From Chrysomallon squamiferum (Eukaryota; Animalia; Mollusca): DNA of 64,000 bases. The stretch lies in contig CM022675.1 of the NCBI GenBank assembly GCA_012295275.1, forward strand, positions 11,842,001 to 11,906,000, in the 5' to 3' direction. Positions 61,233 to 64,000 of this stretch are shown here, in pieces (position 1 is the stretch's first letter; each line of letters opens with the position of its first letter). The notes under the pieces are model-generated. The model was not told the origin of the DNA, made no database searches, and saw only the letters and a program-made list of their open reading frames with translations. Position numbers and translations under genes: made by a program.

Positions 61233-61626
61233 AATATAATGAAAATAAGAACGAAAATAATACATATGTATGTATGTACGTACAGGTTTGTGTCTACGTC
61301 ATTGTAGTGTATCGTCATCATTATCATCACCACCATCATCATAATCATCATTAATATTAGGTCTGTTATTATTCTTACATTAGTGTCGCTTGAAATAAAC
61401 TTTTAGTTTTTCGTTTCATCTCGTAAATATCTTCTGCTTATGAATCAGAATTTCTAATCATGAACAACATTTACATTTAATGTAATATTTATGTGGCTTT
61501 GTCAGTTCGAGCGTTAAGAAAAGTGTCTAAATATTTAATTAGACTTTTTTTTTTTTTTTTTTTTTGACGTCTAAACTGACTGAAATCCTGTTAAAGATCA
61601 TCAGCAAGGATTTTTTTTCTTTTGAT

Positions 61627-61664
<38 letters not shown>

Positions 61665-62174
61665 TAGTAGATTTCTTATGTATACGCACTGTGTATGTGT
61701 GTTTGTGTATGTCTATATTTGCGTGTGTATATGTGTATGTGTATGAACTGTACGTCATTCAACCTGACACCCGTGCATCACGTGAACGTGAATTTTTAAC
61801 TGTTGCACGTGTTTCTAAATATAAACACCGTCGAAAAGAACAACTATAAGGCCGCCACTGATATTATACAAAAACCGCGCATCACGTGACCATCAGCTTT
61901 AATGACAAGCGTATGCTTAAACACATACAACTTTATCAATCACGTGAACATCAGTTTTAACTGTTACACATACACCTTAACGCAAGCACGTCGAAAACAT
62001 CGCTAAAGGAAAAGTGAATTCGTTATTTTTATTTTTATTTTTATTTTTTTCTTCCCCTTTTTTTTTCTTTCATCTCCTTCCCAAACGGTGATTTTGGTGC
62101 GTAACAAACAACAACGACAACGTCAAAGAAATCAGTCGGGTATGACATGCAACTTCTTTACAAAAACGATTTGT

Positions 62175-62212
<38 letters not shown>

Positions 62213-62512
62213 CGGAGGGTGTTCCCTGTAAAAGATTTTTTTATATATACAATTACAAAGCGAATAGAAGCTTAATTCAGCTAATATTTTTTTGATTTCA
62301 GTTTGTATTCGTGTCGGTTTTATTACAGACTTTCCGTGATAAGTGTATTTATAGTAAAGGATCTGCTGAAGAAAAATAAAGAAGAAGAAGAAGAAGAAGA
62401 AGAAGAAGAAGAAGAAAGAGAAGAAGAAGAAGAAGAAGATGATGATGACGACGACGAGGAAGAAGAAGAAGAAAAAAAAAAAATAAAATAAAATAAAATA
62501 AATAAATAAACA

Positions 62513-62551
<39 letters not shown>

Positions 62552-62583
62552 GCAAGCAAACAAAATAAGCAAGTAAGTAAATA

Positions 62584-62675
62584 AATATATAGTAGGAATA
62601 ATAGGTGATATCCTTTTATTTATTAAATAAATAAATATATAATAGGAATAATAGGTGATATCCTTTTATTTATTT
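62584..62675. repeat. Local ~50 bp tandem duplication
   Basis: aatatata.taggaataataggtgatatccttttatttatt occurs twice. Confidence 0.85.
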
Positions 62676-62866
62676 ATTTCCATTTATTTAACGTATTTTT
62701 TTTTTTCATTTTTAATTAGTAGACTGAGAAATTTTTTGTCTAATATATATTGTTTTTTATTTTTATCTATCTTTTTATCTGTATTTTGCCCTAATTTATT
62801 TAATTTTATTTGTATATTTGATCAAACAAATTTGTACATGATATATTTATTTTTATCATTGTATAT

Positions 62867-62931
<65 letters not shown>

Positions 62932-62987
62932 CTATAATAATAACTATGAAATTCATTTCACATGGACAGAAACAGATACACACACAC

Positions 62988-62990
<3 letters not shown>

Positions 62991-63080
<90 letters not shown>

Positions 63081-63089
63081 GAGAGAGAC

Positions 63090-63170
<81 letters not shown>

Positions 63171-63188
63171 CACAGAGAGAGAGAGACA

Positions 63189-63230
<42 letters not shown>
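62991..63230. repeat. Interrupted (GA)n microsatellite, ~240 bp
   Basis: Seen directly; it produces several spurious RERE/LSLS ORFs. Confidence 0.97.
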
Positions 63231-63233
<3 letters not shown>

Positions 63234-63551
63234 GAATATTTCGGTAGAATATTAAATTGTAATACATATATATATATAAGTTCAGACAAACGGTAAGGGC
63301 ATTTTGAAGATATCAAAATAAAACTTACCTTCTTCGTTATGACCAGAATGCAAATAAAAAGCAAAAAATCAGGATAATACGTCGATTTCTGAGTAATCAA
63401 ATTTCAATCAGAGAGCAATAAACCAATTTCTGTCTGGTCGTTCACACGTACAAGCTCATGGTTGATATAATATAATTTCCTAACGAGCGTTGTAGCAGAC
63501 GGGAAGACGAGAGACGGGTTAATTTGGTTTGTTGTAGTAGTAGTGATAATG

Positions 63552-63607
<56 letters not shown>

Positions 63608-63708
63608 TTACGAAGTAATTTAAGTCACTTCTAAGTTTCTTCTTTTTTTTTTTTTTTTTACTAATTTGAATGGGTTAATTAATTAAAATAATTTGTTATA
63701 TATGCGGG

Positions 63709-63751
<43 letters not shown>

Positions 63752-63930
63752 CTATGTGATTGTGTGTAAATGTGTATGTTTATGTGTCTATGCAACAACC
63801 GTATCAAAATAACTAAAGCGATAATTTAAACATCATAGACTTTTACTTTTATTTTTTCTTTCGTCATTTTCATAAACTTCTGGATATTGTTGTTATAGTA
63901 ACTGTTACCGTTATTGCTGTAAGTGTGGAC

Positions 63931-64000
<70 letters not shown>

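Overview
This is AT-rich, microsatellite-dense animal genomic DNA with GT-AG spliceosomal introns. It is not prokaryotic; an invertebrate, possibly a mollusc or cephalopod, is my inference from the repeat landscape. I assembled three minus-strand protein-coding genes by hand. (1) A TTC25/ODAD4-like TPR protein (outer dynein arm docking complex) at about 1.7-8.3 kb; its 3' end is not in the window and its 5' reading frame is broken. (2) A complete 12-exon serine hydroxymethyltransferase (SHMT2-like, 482 aa, 12120-20587) with a mitochondrial-type presequence and an internal Met that could give a cytosolic isoform. (3) A single-coding-exon PRR15/PRR15L-like gene (37274-37819). The rest (about 21-37 kb and 38-64 kb) has no convincing coding exons, only simple repeats, minisatellites, transposon relics and motif-rich islands. 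Most ORFs in the supplied track are microsatellite artefacts. The most unusual feature is that both multi-exon genes carry an intronic tandem array made of copies of a 3' splice site plus the first bases of the exon, giving a stack of decoy acceptors. I found no CRISPR array or novel multi-gene system.
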